64,000 nt of DNA from the NCBI GenBank assembly GCA_963755915.1, contig CAVWLP010000002.1, positions 544,001-608,000 of the forward strand, written 5' to 3'. The notes under the pieces were generated by a model. It was not told the origin of the DNA. It worked only from the letters and a program-made list of their open reading frames with translations, and made no database searches. Below are positions 61,244-64,000 of the stretch, piece by piece. How positions within the stretch are numbered: position 1 is the first letter of the stretch; every line of letters starts with the position of its first letter. Source of the DNA: an uncultured Phycisphaerales bacterium. GTDB lineage: Bacteria; Planctomycetota; Phycisphaerae; Tepidisphaerales; Tepidisphaeraceae. Made by a program: the position numbers and the translations under genes.

Positions 61244-62248
61244 TCATTCCTGAGTCTCGCCACGCGCAATCGCCACAATGGTCTGTGGGGACCGGCCCAG
61301 GCGCAATTCCGCCTTGTCGAATAGGCGGTCCACGATGTACCAATCACCTTTGACTCGGTAGTTCACGAGTTGTGCATCACCGTCTCTGCCCATGACGAAC
61401 AGCGGCGGCGCTTCCGTGGCCGCCACTTTCGGCGGGAATTGGATATAGGTCTTATTGCCGTCATCAAACGCGCGCAAGGGGCACCATGGCGGCGTTGGGG
61501 TGTGCTTCTGCTTCAGTATCCAGTAATTGAAGTTTGCCTTGGATAGGTTCAACCCCGTGGCCGCGTTTGCTTGCGAGACCGCTTGCCGCTCGGCCACCTG
61601 ATTGCGGATCATCACCACATCGCCGAACGGATAATTCCAGGCGATCATGGTGTGGTAGGTGCCCGAATCAACACTGGTCAGGTCGAGCGTATACATGCGC
61701 TGGTCGGTGGTAAGGAGCAGATTTGTTTGCAGCCCCGCCTTACGCGGCTTGACCAAGAGCAGCGTCTGTGATGTCTCCCCCGAACCGGATTGCACGCTGT
61801 CGACGATCCACCGCACCGTATCACCAGCCGCGGCGGTGAGGAGCTTTTCACCGGGACGCAGAGCGATTGTTGTGACGTAGCCGGGGGAAGTAACGGCCGT
61901 GTAAACGACACCAGGCGCATAGTCGTAATACTGGATGGCATTCAGAAAGCCGTCCGCCGTGGGTTGAACGGTCGCTCCCGATTTAGCTGCCGCTACCGCC
62001 GCCAAGCCGGAGATAGGCTGCTTGCTTGTGCTGCATGCAGCGATGGACCTGAGCTGCGGAGTTGGCACCGGCACCTTGATCTCGACGACCTTCGGCGCCG
62101 CACCGTCAGAATCATCCGGCAACAGCGCCGCCGGTTTTAGCCGCAGGTCCGGCATAACCGGCACCGTCGGTGATTCGCATGAATCGCAACCGGCAAGCGC
62201 CAGAAAGGATATTGAAACGTATAACAACAGTGGTCCTCGGTAACTCAT
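61244..62248 (-). CDS. trbG: TrbG/VirB9
   Basis: IALRPGE, AGDTVRW, FDDGNKTYIQFP, LVNYRV, IVDRLF. Confidence 0.92.
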   Translation of the reverse strand: MSYRGPLLLYVSISFLALAGCDSCESPTVPVMPDLRLKPAALLPDDSDGAAPKVVEIKVPVPTPQLRSIAACSTSKQPISGLAAVAAAKSGATVQPTADGFLNAIQYYDYAPGVVYTAVTSPGYVTTIALRPGEKLLTAAAGDTVRWIVDSVQSGSGETSQTLLLVKPRKAGLQTNLLLTTDQRMYTLDLTSVDSGTYHTMIAWNYPFGDVVMIRNQVAERQAVSQANAATGLNLSKANFNYWILKQKHTPTPPWCPLRAFDDGNKTYIQFPPKVAATEAPPLFVMGRDGDAQLVNYRVKGDWYIVDRLFDKAELRLGRSPQTIVAIARGETQE

Positions 62249-63033
62249 GGCCTTTCTCCATTGTCAGAGTCGTTGGGATCGGAAGCTCCGGTATTGGGGG
62301 CAACGCGCAGACTGTCGTCCCGCACCACCGCTCCCGAAAACTCCCTGCTCCATGTAAAATTCGTGATATAGACGCCGATGGGGTTCTTGAATGTGTCGGA
62401 CTCATCGCGCGGGGGCATCAGCTTCACCTGGAATAGCCCCGTGTATTCCTCGCGCGATCGGCGGATGCCGCTGGAATAGGTCGTCTCCACCCAGCGCACC
62501 TGATACGAGTCGTTGGATTTCTGGAGGATGCTGCTGATTTCCACGGTCCGGGCGACGGCCCCTTCACCGGGGAGGTTCTTGAAGCCACTGTCACTGGCAG
62601 CGTACTCGTTCATCGCCATGACCGCGTGGCCAGCGAGGAATTGGTATGCCTTGGTCCACGCCTGACGTTTCACCACGGGGTCCAAAGGACGTTCCCGAAC
62701 GAGGCGCACGACTTCACCAATGAAGTAGCCGACCTGCGCGGCCTCCGGCCGATACGGCTCGCTCGCCAGTGTGATCCGTCCGGGCATTCCGGCCTTGTCA
62801 ACCTCCACGACGTAAGTGGCCACTTGTTTTTTGACGCCCAGAACCACGGCACCGGTGGTGGAGATCAGGGCGAGAACCATCGCGCCAAAGGCGATGTACG
62901 CCAGTTGCGAGCCTGCACTCGGGCCGAGCCGATCCGCTCATCCCATGCCGCCGCCGCGCAGCTCGTATGGATTTTGGCTGTCCGCCGACGAGGCATTCCT
63001 GCCATAGCTCGTTGAGAAAGTGGGGAAGTTCAT
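62245..63033 (-). CDS. trbF: TrbF/VirB8 (frameshift near the 5' end)
   Basis: NPY..., YVVEVD, DPVV, SYQVRWVE, NPIGVYITNFTWSRE. Confidence 0.88.
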
Positions 63034-63044
63034 GTCAATTACCC

Positions 63045-64000
63045 TCAGGTAGTTTTGGAATCGCCTGTTTGAGTTGGAGGATTCGCTGAACCCGGTGTCC
63101 GACCGGCCGCGCTAGCGACAGTGGTGGTATTGCGGGTTGTGGCGGGAACCATGGATGTACTTGTAGCGCCTCCGGAACCGATCGCGCTGCTGATTCCTCG
63201 GACAACCGTCCGCTCCGTGGCCGCCACCGCCCGCGCCCCCGACACCACCAGTGAAGCCCCTTGCGTGGGTACTGCGGCCGCGGCCCTCGCTGCAAGCACC
63301 GTGGGACGGGATGTGGCGGCGCTAACGCTGGTGTTGTAGGCCACGGCCATCGTGTTGATGGATGTGCCGACACCGAGGGTCGGTCCGCCGATGATCATGT
63401 CGGTCGCCAATCGTGATGCGACCAGCGACAGAACCATCAGGAGTAACGCCGCCAGCGCAATGCAGAAGGCCTGATAGGTCGTGACGGTCTGACCCGCTGG
63501 AACCTGTAGCGATTGGAAGATGTTGTTTCCGACGCCCAGCACAAGGGTCAACACCATCAGCCGAACGCCGGATCCCACGACCCAGCCCAGGGGCCGCTCG
63601 GCGATGAACGCCGTCTTGGCGAGTACCGCGAATGGCACCAGCACGAACGCCGCTAGACTGCCGAATTTGAACGTCAGCAGCGCCACCACGACTTGAATCG
63701 TGATGACACAGAAGGCAGCCATGATCGCGGCTACAGCGATGGCGAGGAATAAAATCTCCGGAAAATTCTTGAAAAACGCCACCGGACCGGTCAGCCGCCC
63801 GATCTGGTCCATGAGCGGCTGCGCCGTGGTGTAACCCAGGTAAGCGATGTTTCCCGGCTGGGAGGTGTAGAAGCCGGCGCCGTCGAATCCGCCCGCCTTG
63901 AGACCCAGATTCATGAAGGACGACGCGAGTTTGTCGGTCAGCGACTGCCAGTTCTGGATAATCCAGGCGAAGAGCCCGATGTAGACGATCTTTCGGGCAA
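63045..64000 (-). CDS. trbL: TrbL/VirB6 (5' part outside the window)
   Basis: PGNIAYLG, FKFGSLAAFVLVPF, TAFIAERPLGWVVGSGVRL, GGPTLG; Ala/Ser/Thr-rich tail. Confidence 0.88.
   Translation of the reverse strand, partial: ARKIVYIGLFAWIIQNWQSLTDKLASSFMNLGLKAGGFDGAGFYTSQPGNIAYLGYTTAQPLMDQIGRLTGPVAFFKNFPEILFLAIAVAAIMAAFCVITIQVVVALLTFKFGSLAAFVLVPFAVLAKTAFIAERPLGWVVGSGVRLMVLTLVLGVGNNIFQSLQVPAGQTVTTYQAFCIALAALLLMVLSLVASRLATDMIIGGPTLGVGTSINTMAVAYNTSVSAATSRPTVLAARAAAAVPTQGASLVVSGARAVAATERTVVRGISSAIGSGGATSTSMVPATTRNTTTVASAAGRTPGSANPPTQTGDSKTT

Larger units (their letters stand above)
32184..64000. mobile_element. Tn4371-like integrative conjugative element with Trb-type T4SS (element 2; continues past the window)
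   Basis: DUF2840, TraF peptidase, RlxS-type relaxase, TraG/VirD4, TrbB, TrbL/F/G/I, DUF2274, DUF932 and ParB; left end at the tRNA-Asn att. Confidence 0.85.

Noticed and set aside
6305-63033. Programmed frameshifting or mass pseudogenisation
   Set aside because: Short frameshifts also hit core genes (purL, kduD) with no shared slippery motif and no accumulation of in-frame stops. Read or assembly indels are more likely, though real decay of the ICE cannot be excluded without reads.

Overview
Bacterial, high-GC sequence. The gene content (PEP-CTERM proteins, planctomycete-style integrase, PurL with an N-terminal PurS-like region) suggests a Planctomycetota/Phycisphaerae-like host, which is an inference. 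Three blocks are visible. (1) 1-18950 is core chromosome: TPR membrane glycosyltransferase, PAP2/ArnT/WaaF envelope genes, purL, SDR, S9 peptidase, a PEP-CTERM protein and kduD-exuT-kduI. (2) 19001-32139 is a decayed integrative element bounded by an exact 44-bp duplication of the 3' half of tRNA-Asn (18957-19000 and 32140-32183). Its mobility genes are all fragments, but it retains a creatininase-family gene, an intact IS21, and an AT-richer module: a putative wHTH/NUDT22-like Nudix protein divergent from a tightly packed five-gene operon (viperin-like radical SAM, GT-A glycosyltransferase, NodB-like deacetylase, kinase-like protein, membrane GT2), with a 22-bp-periodic heptamer array between them. 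This module is the best candidate for an undescribed system. (3) 32184 to the window end is a Tn4371-like (Trb-type) ICE with rearranged transfer modules, an oriT-proximal leading region (DUF932, ssb, DUF6166, ParB), AbiE and YhcG genes, and three LuxR-type regulators followed by three 7-repeat PEP-CTERM surface proteins. Many genes, including core purL and kduD, carry short frameshifts, probably read or assembly indels. All family calls are from motif recognition by eye; no search was run.
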